Assembly: GCA_951406725.2 (NCBI GenBank)
Contig: OX597815.1
Span: 12,400,001 to 12,464,000, forward strand
Direction: 5' to 3'
DNA from: Octopus vulgaris
Taxonomy: Eukaryota
Length of the DNA stretch: 64,000 nucleotides
In this document: one piece after another, positions 13,994 through 26,699 of the stretch
Position numbering within the stretch: the stretch's first letter is position 1
Layout of the letters: each line of letters opens with the position of its first letter
Made by a program: the position numbers and the translations under genes
The notes under the pieces: generated by a model
The model's input: the letters and a program-made list of their open reading frames with translations, nothing else
Database searches by the model: none
What the model was told of the DNA's origin: nothing

Positions 13994-16391
13994 TGATCAA
14001 CTTTAATATGGCCTAAGAATAGAACCATGAAGATATTGTCCTGTTTAGGCTTTATTTTCAGACTACTTCTGAGAACACACATGTCGAAACATCGGTGCCC
14101 CAGAATGCCGTGCACCAATGGCCCATGCATGTTGGACACACTGTCGTCGTAAAAACAGTTAGCCTATAATGTACACTGCAGTGACCAGCTTATTTCGCGT
14201 TTAAAATAACCTATACGTGTTAAGAATAAATATTGAAATATTCGGTCAGTGTCATGTTTGTTATTCATTAACTCCCAGTTTTTTAATCAAAACTGTATCT
14301 GGCTTCTTAGAAAATATATGGCATAATCGAGGTAGATATCTTCAGGCGAACGAAAAGAAAAGGTTTTAAGTTCTGAAAGGAATCTTTCGATACAGAAGAT
14401 ATAAATACAGTATGAAAAGCAAAGGTATATATCTGATGCATATATCTCTGTCACTTGCACAACTTCCACTATTATTATACATTTTCTTATGGAGTCAAAG
14501 AGATAACGTCTTGACTATAAACGTTAAATGGGAGAAATCGTCCAGAATATTCATATGAACTTTGATATATCAAACGTTCATCGTTTCTTGCTTCTTTTTT
14601 TCCGGTAGATACTCACCATCTAACTTAACGCTTCAGTCGTATTCCAATAATTCACTTATATTACTTGAAAAGTCGTTTAATGAGTGTATTTCTTCCGAAG
14701 ATAATTTTAGCGATCGAGTTCTTCCTTAAGGCTATCTCACTCATCTTCACTTTTTAACCGAGTAGTAAAATTTTTCATTGTTATAATCTACTGACAGACG
14801 CATTAATATTCAAAGTATTGACTTAATCGAGCTGAAACTCACTAACGTTTACTTCTTGGTTTTGACTCTTTAATAAATCGCTATGAAGTATAATATTTTC
14901 TGAAGACAATTTTGTTACTGCTCTAGACAAATTCACTTCGTAGAAAGATAAAAGTTTTACTGCAAAACTGATTGAAGAGTTTCACCGCTATTCTGTCCCT
15001 ATGAAATCGACTTATCGGGCCCAATAGTTGGTGTCAAATGTCCTGGTATATTACAGAGATTAACACATCATTGTGAATAAATCACTGTCTAATAAATAGA
15101 CTAACTATTTGAACGAAACTCGAACATTTCTGTATGTGATGGTCTCTGCTGAATTAAAACATATACTAGAAGATAACAATTCTCTGTTCCACACATCCAT
15201 TTGATATGAAGAATAATAGAAGCTGAACACTTTATTTTCATTTCATAATATTCCGACGCATAAAAATATTTTCAAGAAATTCAGCTTTGCACACATTTCA
15301 TATTTACAGCGATCTAAATATATAATTTGATATATGTTTTGTTGTTGTTTAGATTTTGATGAGCAGACCTGGGGTCAAAACACTAACCGCCATAGATTAT
15401 TATATTCACCTAAGACGTTTAGGTAAAATTTGTCTGTAATTCGTCTACTATTTCAAGCAGATTGAATGATCCGATAGGTACTTCTCGTTGAACCGATTAG
15501 GCATGTATGTATGTACGTATATATGTATGTATATTTACATCTAAATAATCTTTGTTTGGCTTACGATGTTATATCGTCTGCAGTGCAGGAGTGACGTTAA
15601 TATTTCAGAGTTTAGCAACTCCATACTTCCTTATGCACTTGGAAATGCTCATCATATAGGGTTTTTAATTCTACAAGACTTGATAATGGTGTGTTGTTTC
15701 TAATGTTCGTACGGCGTATGACATTCTATTCCAAACTGTCTGTACATACTAATACCATAAATGTTTTCTTTATTTTCCTTTATTTTTAATTGCTTTGCGT
15801 TGGTATTTGCAGTTAAGCAATCAGGTTTCCATAATCCTAACATTGTATTCGGCTACCTAGATACTGTTTTTATTCGCTCATTATAAATTACTTAATATGA
15901 TGATATCAGCATCTTTCTTATGGATGCCAACTTGTTTACATTAAGCAACGTCTGATAATTGTTGCTACCTGGGAAGTACTTTTCGATTAGGTCAAATCAC
16001 GTCTATGCATATTTGAGTCTGTGACTTTAATCAATCACATGTTAAATATTCAGAGAACTCTAACGTCTTCAAAAGTGCTGACTTGTTTTTCATGTTTGAA
16101 TACCGCTTTTGTTTTATATTGTGCTATTGGAATTTTGGAAGTTTGTCAACGGTGACCACATATTGTATATTCTTTTGCTTCTAAGTTGAAACAATTTCTT
16201 AATATGTTTGGGAGTGGATTTCAGATCATACTTTATTTGCATTCGTTTATAATTGAGCATTTTTGTATTGGTACAAATGAAACCGACGAATTTTGATAAT
16301 CTGTGCTTCCAATAGTAACCTCGAAATCAATAACTGTGATAAGTCGCCTCTATATCTAATTAATGCCACTGTGTATGTTACATTAATATTC

Positions 16392-16665
16392 ATTTCTACT
16401 CAAAAAACACAAGCCTGAAATTTTGGGGCAAGGGAGTCTTTACTAACCACAAGGGGCTAAACACGGAGATGACAAACAAGGACAGACAAACGGATTAAGT
16501 CGATTAGATCGACCCCAGTACATAACTGGTACTTAATTTGTCGACCACGAAAGGATGAAAGGCAAAGTCGATCTCGGTGGAATTTGAACTCAAAACGAAT
16601 TGACAGACGAAATACAGCTAAACATTTCGCGCGGCGTGCTAACGATTCTGCTAGCTCACCGCCTT
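16392..16665 (-). mobile_element. SINE family B with composite tail and 16-bp TSD
   Basis: Head rc GGCGGTGAGCTAGCAGAATCGTTAG...GAGTTCAAATTCC (A/B boxes); core GTCGACCACGAAAGGATGAAAGGCAAAGTCG; TSD TGTTACATTAATATTC (16376-16391) / TGTTGCATTAATATTC (16666-16681). Confidence 0.88.
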
Positions 16666-16889
16666 TGTTGCATTAATATTCTACGGGCTCATATACCTCA
16701 GTGCGATGGTAGCTGCCCATCCTTAATCAAATGGGTCTTCGATTTTCAGCAGATTAGTAAAAAGTCGTAGATGAGTACACAGTGACTAGAAGTAGTGTAT
16801 TAAGATGAGTGACACGGATAATACGTTTCCTTTCCAAATCCATTGCTAGTGTACCTCATAAAAGCCATCTGACCGAACATGCTCAGATT

Positions 16890-17140
16890 TCTGTCGTAAA
16901 ATATTTTGTTGCGTATTAAAGTTTATGATCACCGGTGCTTTAGATATTAACAGGAATAAACTGGGAAAACATAGTGAACACAGATGTTCATTTGCCCATG
17001 AACGTGGAAGTATAACTATTCATCAGTGGATGATAACTGGCTAAGCTGCACATTTACAACGCTGTCTTCCATTCAGTTACTTGTTGTCCTTGACTCTATG
17101 ACTGCTAAGTGCAATTCTTTGCAAAATAGTAGCGCATGTT
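16890..17140. repeat. Local duplication, copy 1 (pairs with 20872-21103)
   Basis: TCTGTCGTAAAATATT...AACAGGAATAAACTGGGAAAACATAGTGAACACAGATG...GTCCTTGACTCTATGACTGCTAAGTGCAATTCTTTGCAAAATAGTAG shared with copy 2. Confidence 0.9.
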
Positions 17141-17189
17141 TGGTTACGGAAGCCTTTCTTCTATAGACGCAACCAACTCTTCTGTCTCA

Positions 17190-17385
17190 GGACAAATTCC
17201 GTAACGTCCTCATGTATTCCACCCCAATACTATATGTGTAATGCACTCTGACTGATATCTTATTCATCAACCACAAAAAAAGAAGATAAAAGCAAAGTGT
17301 AAGTGGGTGAGATTTGAACACAGCGCGGAGAGAGACTTAGAATTATAACGTGAGCATAATATCCTTCGCTCTAATGATCCTGCCC
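17190..17385 (-). mobile_element. Highly diverged SINE family B remnant
   Basis: GATAAAAGCAAAGTG..GAGATTTGAACACAG and CGCTCTAATGATCCTGCC resemble the family B core and head. Confidence 0.5.
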
Positions 17386-18491
17386 TCTTTATCAAACATA
17401 TGTATTGTGTGTGCGTGTTTGCGAGCATATATGTGTGTACGAACGTATGTATATATGTTTCTGTGTAGAAAGATAGACTGATAATTTTTGTGCATAAACT
17501 TCGTGATTCTAATATGAGAGCCAATGACACTTATGCAAATACACATACGAAATGATTGGTACATATCAAGATATAAGAATAGCGATGTTATGAGCGGTTG
17601 ATATAATTGCTCACTTCAACTACTCGGTATTGTAAGTGTTCCATAAGTGCATTGTATTTTATATACGGAAATAGCAGCACGAAAATATCAAATATACAAA
17701 TAGATCCAAATCAGATACATAAATATAATTTCTAGATTTTTTCATTTCTCGACCTTTGTTCAATTTATGTAAAGCCGACTGCCCATCCCGTACCTCTTGA
17801 TGTGCAATAAAATATCACTGTAGCTCGAAATGTTTCTGGCTATTGTGTAATGGCTCGTTATTTACTCATACGTTCTGACAAACCAGCCTTTGAACCACAA
17901 ACATTTCGTTTCCAAATTCAGCTGCAATCAAGCAACCTGAGAAAGAGATAAAGAGAAGCAGATACATGTGTGTGTGTGTGTCTGCGTTTGTGTTTGATTG
18001 TCTGTGGGTGTATGTGAGGGTTTGTCTGTGTGTGGTTATGGTGTTAGCAAATACATATTTTGTCACACAATACAAATATAGATACGTTGAATTTGCGTAG
18101 ACATGCTTCGCAATGTACACAGATATGAAACATGCTATATTTAGGCGATATCAGCAATATCATTATTTCTTTTACTGTTTTGTTACTTAAATCTATAGCA
18201 TCAAGAGCAGCAATTAAGCTCTTTTGATTGATATGCAATCGCCTATATATTTATATATATATGTATATGTATAAGTATATGTACATGTATATTCACACAC
18301 AACATGTTAAAATTCACAACCATGCACATGAATAATTATGCATAATTATGTATCCCTACAAAAAAGCACACGCACATATATCTATGTATACGTGATATAT
18401 ATAAGCATATACACGCAGACATACACAGCCTCGCACATGCACACACACACATACACACACAAACACACACACACACAAACACACACATACA

Positions 18492-18556
<65 letters not shown>

Positions 18557-18605
18557 TATACTAAATTTCTAAATCTCTCGTAGAGACATGTACGGTGGTG
18601 GGGCG

Positions 18606-18834
18606 ATAGAATGGTTGTATACTGTCAATCAAACATGAACGTGACAGTAGGGGTACACCACCGCTGTATAGCCCTAGGAAGCATCAACGCCTCCTGATGG
18701 CTTTGAAAATGGCTTTGAAAAATGTGTCAAAGATATCAGGAGGCGACGATGCTTTCTAGGGCTAAACAGCGGTGGCGTACCCCCCCCCCCGACTGTCACG
18801 TTCGTGTTAGATTGGCAGTATACAATCATTCTAT
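18606..18834. mobile_element. Fold-back/MITE-like element with ~93-bp inverted arms
   Basis: 18606-18698 ATAGAATGGTTGTATACTGTCAATC...GCCTCCTGAT is the imperfect reverse complement of 18735-18834; the spacer has GGCTTTGAAAA twice. Confidence 0.8.
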
Positions 18835-18855
18835 ATATATATATTATATTATATT

Positions 18856-19050
18856 ATATTATATTATATATATATAAAACTTCATAGCACAAATAGAAGT
18901 CATAGACTTATTCATATATTATTTTGTTTATCGGCGAGTAAATTGAAGTACATCTAACTAAACAACTAGACTGCATCTAGTTTAGTATATTGGTGTCTCA
19001 TAATAACCTTTCAATACATGTAATATAAAAATCCTTTCAAATCATTGTAA
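18856..19050. repeat. Local duplication, empty-site copy (pairs with 24803-25395)
   Basis: AAAACTTCATAGCACAAATAGA...CTTATTCATAT...GAGTAAATTGAAGTAC...CTAGTTTAGTATATTGGTGT...TTTCAATACATGTAATATA recurs at 24803-25395, where it is split by a SINE A. Confidence 0.88.
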
Positions 19051-19084
19051 CGATTGTTTGTAAGTTTGGAATAATATTCCATAA

Positions 19085-19165
<81 letters not shown>

Positions 19166-19206
19166 CCTACATAAATATATATATGTACAAACACATACAC
19201 ACACAT

Positions 19207-19269
<63 letters not shown>

Positions 19270-19656
19270 TATGTATACATGTATTGGTGTATGTGATGTA
19301 CACCTGCATATATGAATACATATAAATACATTTGTGGATTTTTGAAATATTAATATGTGATGCTACATATTTCTGCAAGTATTTTAATGAAGTTTTTAAT
19401 TGTTTGACCTTTCTGAACGATAGAGAAGATAGCATAGATTTTACAACAACGTTTATGGGCATTCGTTTTAATTCATTTTCTTCCTAAAGATTCAGATAAA
19501 GCAGTTGAATTAATTGTAGTTTTTAGCAGTGTTTTAGGCAATCAAAATTAATAAGTAAAGTGTCATATTTAGTATACTCGATGTAATGTCGAATAAGAAA
19601 TTATAATATAATATAATATAATATAATATAATATAATATAAAATAATATAATATAA

Positions 19657-20056
19657 GGCGCAGGAGTGGCTGTGTGGTAAGTAGCTTGCTAACCAACCAC
19701 ATGGTTCCGGGTTCAGTCCCACTACGTGGCATCTTGGGCAAGTGTCTTCCGCTATAGCCCCGGGCCGACCAATGCCTTGTGAGTGGATTTGGTAGATGGA
19801 AACTGAAAGAAGCCTGTCGTATATATGTATATATAAGTGTGTGTGTCTGTGTTTGTCCCCCTAGCATTGCTTGACAACCGATGCTGGTGTGTTTACGTCC
19901 CCGTCACTTAGCGGTTCGACAAAAGAGACCGATAGAATAAGTACTGGGCTTACAAAGAATAAGTCCCGGGGTCGATTCGCTCGACTAAAGGCGGTGCTCC
20001 AGCATGGCCGCAGTCAAATGACTGAAACAAGTAAGAGAGTAAAGAGTAAAAAGAGT
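19657..20056 (+). mobile_element. SINE family A, full length
   Basis: GGCGCAGGAGTGGCTGTGTGGTAAG (A box), GGGTTCAGTCCC (B box), internal (TA)(TG) tract, 3' CAGTCAAATGACTG hairpin, GAAAC, GTAA(A)AGA repeats. Confidence 0.95.
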
Positions 20057-20871
20057 ATAATATTATATATATATATATATATATGTATAACCTTCATGTG
20101 GTAGGTATTATTCCTAGGTTTTCGAAAGTCATAAATGCTGAAGAACAATTATTTGATATTAGTAACTGCAGTCTTGTGTACTTCCTGAACATATCATTCG
20201 AGTGTGTGTGGGTCACCAGCTGAACAACACGCTAAACATCCAGCTAAATAACCCGATAAACACCTTGAGTTCACATGTGATGTATGTCTACAAAGATGTC
20301 CATACGACTTGGCTTCTACATGCATCTGTGTTCAATACATTTGTTCACTAAAGTGATAGTACAGTGTTACGGCAGTGTTTCATAGGGTTTCCTTTATGCA
20401 ACTTCTGCATACTCTTCTTTGCAGATATAATAGACAGATATTTACTCTATTACGGTTCTAAGCATCGAGGCAGCCACAAGTTCTGAAGTTGATGCCTACG
20501 CTTAGTTTAGAGTTGTCAGTTCTGGTCCGTGATGAAAAGAGAAGCGCTGCAAGAGCGGAAATCGGACATAATAGATCAAATTAACCTCCCTACAGTGAAT
20601 AATCGAGGGAAATTGAATGAGAAATGTCAGGTGCAATGATTATCACGATAATAGCACGTGTTAGCTTAAAGAAGGAAATGCGACGTAATGAATATAAGTA
20701 TGTTGCCTCTCTTCAGTGGATATTCTGGGGGAATTCCAATAGAAATCTCAGCGAAGTTTTAGTAAATATATTTGAAGATATAAAGTGAAAAAAAAATTGA
20801 TAAAAGAAAGCTCAGTTACTGATAATAGATCAGTTGTTACTTTTATTTATTACCTCCGCCTTACCTCCGGT

Positions 20872-21103
20872 ATCTGTCGTAAAATATTGTGTTGCGTAAT
20901 AAAGTTTATGGTTACTGGTGCTGTAGATGTTAACAGGAATAAACTGGGAAAACATAGTGAACACAGATGGTCATTTGCCCATGAATGTGGAAACTTCACT
21001 GTTCATCAGTGCACATATAAAATGCTGTCTTCCATTGACTTACTTGGTGTCCTTGACTCTATGACTGCTAAGTGCAATTCTTTGCAAAATAGTAGTGCAT
21101 GTT
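20872..21103. repeat. Local duplication, copy 2 (pairs with 16890-17140)
   Basis: Colinear with 16890-17140 except for a ~19-bp deletion; bracketed by TTTATTACCTCCGCC (~20846) and TTTATTATCTCCGAAGG (~21106). Confidence 0.9.
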
Positions 21104-21360
21104 TATTTATTATCTCCGAAGGTGGAGTTATTGTTTTCAGTTGTGTTTGTTTGATTTATGTTTGTCTGTGGACAGGATATCTCAGGAACCACTGGATGGA
21201 CTCGGATAAAACTGTCAAGGATGTTTGAATTTGTGACTGGCACGATTTGATAAGATTTTGGGATCTATCCGACATCAGACAAGGATTTGGATTATATTTC
21301 CTTTTTTTTTATATACTCAATTTTTGAGAGCGATTGAGGACATTCTTATATTTTTGTTAG
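21104..21360 (+). mobile_element. DINE-1/HINE-like (Helentron-associated) element fragment
   Basis: TTTATTATCTCCGAAGGTGGAGTTATTGTTTTC, (GTTT/GTCT) tract, CAGGATATCTCAGGAACCACTGGATGGA..GATAAAACT match the typical DINE/HINE 5' organisation as recalled. Confidence 0.6.
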
Positions 21361-21704
21361 AAAGAGAAGTCGATTATATTTCAGATATTCTCATTTTAAA
21401 AATAATCTCCAGTTGATCGTTGAGAGGACGTTGGTGTTGCCTTGGCGGAGGTTTGCGTTCTCTGAATGCTCTTGCATATATATTGCATAATAACAACCAT
21501 GAATTATAATTCGTTTGAAACATTGTCCCTCGTTTATTCCCACTGTTGGCATTTTGACAATTGCCCTCTTCTCTGTGTATGGGTTTGTGCGTGTGCTTGT
21601 GTGTGTGTTTGCGTGTGTGTGTGTGTGTGTGTGTGTTGTGTGTTTGTTTGTGTGTGCGCGCGTGTGAGTGCGTATTTGTGCATGTGCATATATATAATTT
21701 ATTA

Positions 21705-21915
21705 TATGCGTGTGTATTTGTGTGTTTGTGTTCTTCCCCACCGCTTGACGGTTGGTGTTGGTTAGTTTCGTAACGTGGCGAAATGGTAAAAGAGACACAC
21801 AATATAGGTACGAAATTTACATTTAAGCTCTTGGATCGAGTTGTTCCAATAAACCCTCCAATGCGTTGCCCCAATATGGCCGCAGTCCAGCGAGGGAAAC
21901 AATTAATAGATAAAC
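21705..21915 (+). mobile_element. Diverged SINE family A-related 3' half
   Basis: CCACCGCTTGACGGTTGGTGTTGG...AAAAGAGAC...TGCCCCAATATGGCCGCAGTCC resembles the family A tail. Confidence 0.6.
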
Positions 21916-23799
21916 GACGAAAATATCACACAGTGAAAATACGTTCAGAAATCTCTCCGAATTTCTTATATTCATATTTTTAAATTAAAGTGTAAGTGTG
22001 ACGACTTTATCAGCTGTAACAATATTCTCCTTGTGATAAGCAGACTGCAATAAATTGCGTGATATATGACATTATTTCCCTTTCTTTACTGTGAAGTTGG
22101 TAGCGGATAACTCTTGAAATGTCAATGAACTTAATCATTAGCAATGCTGTGGTTCGAGGCTACACAGTGCGACAGTAGTGAAATGTGAAAAAATGTTTTG
22201 GAAAGGTAAAACTTGAACGTAAACCTGTCATTAAAATATACGCATATGCAGACGATCAAGGACGCACAAGCAAACACAGAAACACAGTAACGCACACAAA
22301 AAGGAAAATTTAGGCACAACGAAAAGTCTAAACACCAAAGAATCTTCAGTAGAGACATAGGTACCAATGACTGACAGCCAGCGCACACACATGCACATAT
22401 TTATAAAACTACTTAATCATTTTAGTCTTTATGCCTATACTTATCTGTGTTACTACATATTTATCTTTTGACGTACGAATCATTTTGAATTCCTTTCTGC
22501 CCCTATCTGTACGAGATGTTATATGGCTTTGCATATAATTCTATTTCATATATAATCACTGGTTTGGCTTTTACAGCTTCTCCTATCCGTTCTCATAGAA
22601 GCAATTTTACTAATACAATGCTCCTTATAGTGATATCAACAACGATATATCATTCAATCAACATTAGTTATAACACGTTATGCAGCTGAAGAGCGACAGC
22701 AACATTACACAACTCCCCACTTACTTTAAGATCATTATATTGTCACATGCTATCATGTGACAATATTAAATTAAAACATCTGTATAGAATCGTGTAAGTA
22801 AAAAGCAATTTAGAGCGAATACTGCACCAATTTGGCGTCACTTCACCAGTTATATATAGCTGGCTTAAGTCCCCCACACCTGATTAGACACCATTAGCTT
22901 AAACATGGTACTCTTTAGATAATGCTGTCCTAGAATACCCTAAAATATCGTCTTAATGGCTGTTACGCCACTGCTTCTGAGGTTGATCATCTGAATTTGA
23001 AGAGAAGCTAAAACGATAAAAAATAACTGCGACCTATCTTATGACAAATAGTACCACAGAATAACTCAAGCTACTGAGAAAATGTACCAAACAGAAGAGG
23101 ACTGTCAAATAATTCACAAATCCGCTAACTGACAACACATCAATAACAAACTAAAAAGTCTTTTGTATCAGAATATCTTTGAAGTTGTTGAACCAACCAA
23201 TCCTTTAAGAAGATAAAAGCAATTATTTGGTTTACAAATAGAAATGTGATAAAATAAATGATTAAATTTGGAGTCGGTTGTAAGTACTGTTGGACTGGTT
23301 TAGCAAATCAGCGTACATGAAATGTAAAATCCATTAACCCGATGTGCTGAGTTGAATATTATGTGAAAAACGGCACCAGCCATATTTAAAAGGGAAAATA
23401 GGTGCAATGCGTTGGGTGTTTGTGAATGAGGTAAAGTTTTATGTTAATTGAGTTTCGATTAGAATTTCTATGCCTAAATTTAAATCACTAGTTTGTCACC
23501 ATTTGTATACTTTTGACTATATTAGGAAGTGAGTCATTTTTGTAAGAAGACACTATGATATCAGGGTGTTATTTCTCACAATCACCGATGAGTTTAACCT
23601 TGTAGACACATCTCGGTAGATAAAATTCGATAGGAAGAAACGGTAGTTTTTGTTCTTTTATATAATTGATTAGTATCTTTTTCCTTAACCCATCCCGTCA
23701 GATTATGAACGAGAAGAGAAAATACTTATTTCAGCAAATACAAATATTTCCCAATAAATATATATGCGCCGTCTAGAATACAGCAATATATACACATAC

Positions 23800-24218
23800 T
23801 TACTCTTTTACTCTTTTACTCTTTTACTTGTTTCAGTCATTTGACTGCGGCCATGCTGGAGCACCGCCTTTAATCGAGCAACTCGACCCCGGGACTAATT
23901 CTTTTGTAAGCCCAGTACTTATTCTATCGGTTTCTTTTGCCGAACCGCTAAGTAACGGGGACATAAACACACCAGCATCGGTTGTCAAGTAATGCTAGGA
24001 GGACAAACACAGACACACAAACACACACACGCATATATATATATATACATATATACGACGGGCTTCTTTCAGTTTCCGTCTACCAAATCCACTCACAAGG
24101 CACTGGTCGGCCCGAGGCTATAGTAGAAGACACTTGTCCTAGGTGCCACGCAGTGGGACTGAACCCGGAACAATGTGGTTGGTAAGCAAGCTACTTACCA
24201 CACAGCCACTCCTGCGCC
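23800..24218 (-). mobile_element. SINE family A, full length
   Basis: Near-identical reverse complement of 19657-20056, with (TACTCTTT)x3 tail. Confidence 0.95.
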
Positions 24219-24835
24219 CATGAACAAACTAGGTAGGAATCTATGTTACTCACACATAAATAGCCCCAGTATAAACGAATCGTGAGAAATCACTATGTGA
24301 TCCGTTTTAGTGCGAAAGAAATACTGTCAAAGCTTTATGAAATCTTTTTCTAGCATCTTAAAAAATAGTTAAATAGACACAGCAAACTAAAACAACATAT
24401 GACAAAACAAGTAATGAAGTCCCTTTTAGACTGTTTCTTGGTAATATGTTTTATAAAAGGAGAATAAATCGGTACGAAGAAGACGCTAGAACTCTCATAC
24501 AGTTCTGTAATCTGATTGAGGATCATAGGATTATTTCAGGAGATCAGACCTAAGTTTAAAAAATCACAAAAATGCCTTGAAAATATAATACAAAAAATGT
24601 AACTCCAAGTAGTAAAGCTGCTGCAAAAATCCGTCAAATATTTGTTGAAGCCCTACGGTTTTTATGGGATTAACGTGCTCCTTAGAATGCAATGTGATTC
24701 CCTATAAGTCTGCTCAGTCAAGAGTGATGTAGATCAACACATTAATATAAACACAGAGAAACATACAAACTTGCATACACACACAACTACTAATTCATTT
24801 ACAAAACTTCATAGCACAAATAGATGCCATACACT

Positions 24836-25251
24836 TACTCTTTTGCTCTTTTACTTGTTTCAGTCATTTGACTGCGGCCATGCTGGAGCACCGCCTTTAG
24901 TCGAGCATATCGACCCCAGGACTTATTCTTTGTAAGCCCAGTACTTATTCTATTGGTCTCTTTTGCCGAACCGCTAAGTGACGGCGACGTAAACACACCA
25001 GCATCGGTTGTCAAGCAATGCTAGGGGACAGACACAGACACACAAACATACATACATATACATACATATATATATATATACATATATACGACAGGTTTCT
25101 TTCAGTTTCCATCTACCAAATCCACTCACAATGCACTGGTCGGCCCGGGGCTATAGCAGAAGACACTTGCCCAAGATGTCACGCATTGGGACGGAACCCG
25201 GCACCATGTGGTTGGTTAGCAAGCTACTTACCACACAGCCACTCCTGCGCC
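24836..25251 (-). mobile_element. SINE family A, full length, inserted in a duplicated segment
   Basis: Full head and tail; flanks rejoin to match the uninterrupted copy at 18856-19050. Confidence 0.95.
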
Positions 25252-25760
25252 TATTCATATATATTTTTTTGTTTATCGGTGAGTAAATTGAAGTACCTCT
25301 AACTACACAACTACACTGCGCCTAGTTTAGTATATTGGTGTTCTTTAATACCCTTTCAATACATGTAATATAGAGATCATTCAAAATTATTGTAATAAAA
25401 TTTCATTTTATGATTTACAACATAATTCGACCAGGAAAAGAATTCTTCTGAGCACCACTTACAAATTTCAATATATAGAAAACCAAATTAGATCTATATT
25501 TCGCATTTTTAGACAACCCACAAAATTATTAAAAGTTTTCAATATGAATTTAAATTTATGAATCACTGTTCTTATGACTTATATGAAGATATATTACAAG
25601 AATAATCGCATCTTAACAGCCGTGCGCTTATATATATATATATATATATAAAAACGGGAAACATATTTTTAGTTCAATAACTAAGCACACATTATCAACT
25701 AAATACCAAACCTTCATATACAACAAACCTACACACATATGTAATGGGAGAGACATACGC

Positions 25761-25816
<56 letters not shown>

Positions 25817-25871
25817 CTGTGTTTGTGTGTGTGTGTTTTTGTATGTATCTCTCGCTTTCTCTCTCTCTCAC

Positions 25872-26020
<149 letters not shown>

Positions 26021-26699
26021 GGGGATTGATAGAGAGAGATAGAGATAGATAAAGTAATAAATTTAGAGAGAGAAATATATGATAAATGCAGGCATACATA
26101 TATGTGTGTGTGCCTCTGTGTGTCTGTGTGTGTGTATGTATGTATGAGTTCCGGTGCTTTTTTTGTAGGTGTATTAAGTAAATAGTATCAGGCCTTCCGA
26201 CTATTATTCTACTATTTCACGCACTCTTATACCCACACACAATGCACAAACGTATATATATTTATAAGTACACAAATTTCAATATTCATAACAATATATA
26301 GTGATTTATGAATAGTGGTTTTCGTATATAAAACATGGATAATAAACTCTTCTAGCATTATTATTCTGTTTTTATTGTCCAACAAGCAGGGACAATACAG
26401 TCCAAGATACTCAACGAGAATCGATAATAACAAATACAACTAAGTAAGATATTCAAATAAAACGAGAATTGCTTGTTTTTATAAGGAAATTTCTGTATTC
26501 TTATATATAGTATATATTGGTAGTATATTGGTAGTAGTAGGTCGCATTATGTAGCATCTAACTTTATGTTCATGACTATGAGATCACCAATCCTTCCTTC
26601 GTTTTCTGTACATATGACCACGCTTTGCTATTTATGTTTTATTTTTCTATTTTTTTTTTATTTAGAATTATTTTGACTAGTCACGTGGTTAGTAGGAAG

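Noticed and set aside
19657-19725. tRNA gene calls at SINE heads (also ~915-984 and ~27360-27431)
   Set aside because: A/B boxes are present but they run into SINE bodies, lack clean cloverleaves and are multi-copy.
20525-20568. GTGATGA within a GTCCG/CGGAC stem (C/D snoRNA or hammerhead)
   Set aside because: No box D CTGA before the closing stem; no stem III and a wrong core base for a hammerhead.
20785-21228. 147-aa ORF
   Set aside because: Spans a duplicated segment and a HINE-like element; the other copy has a ~19-bp indel that would shift the frame.
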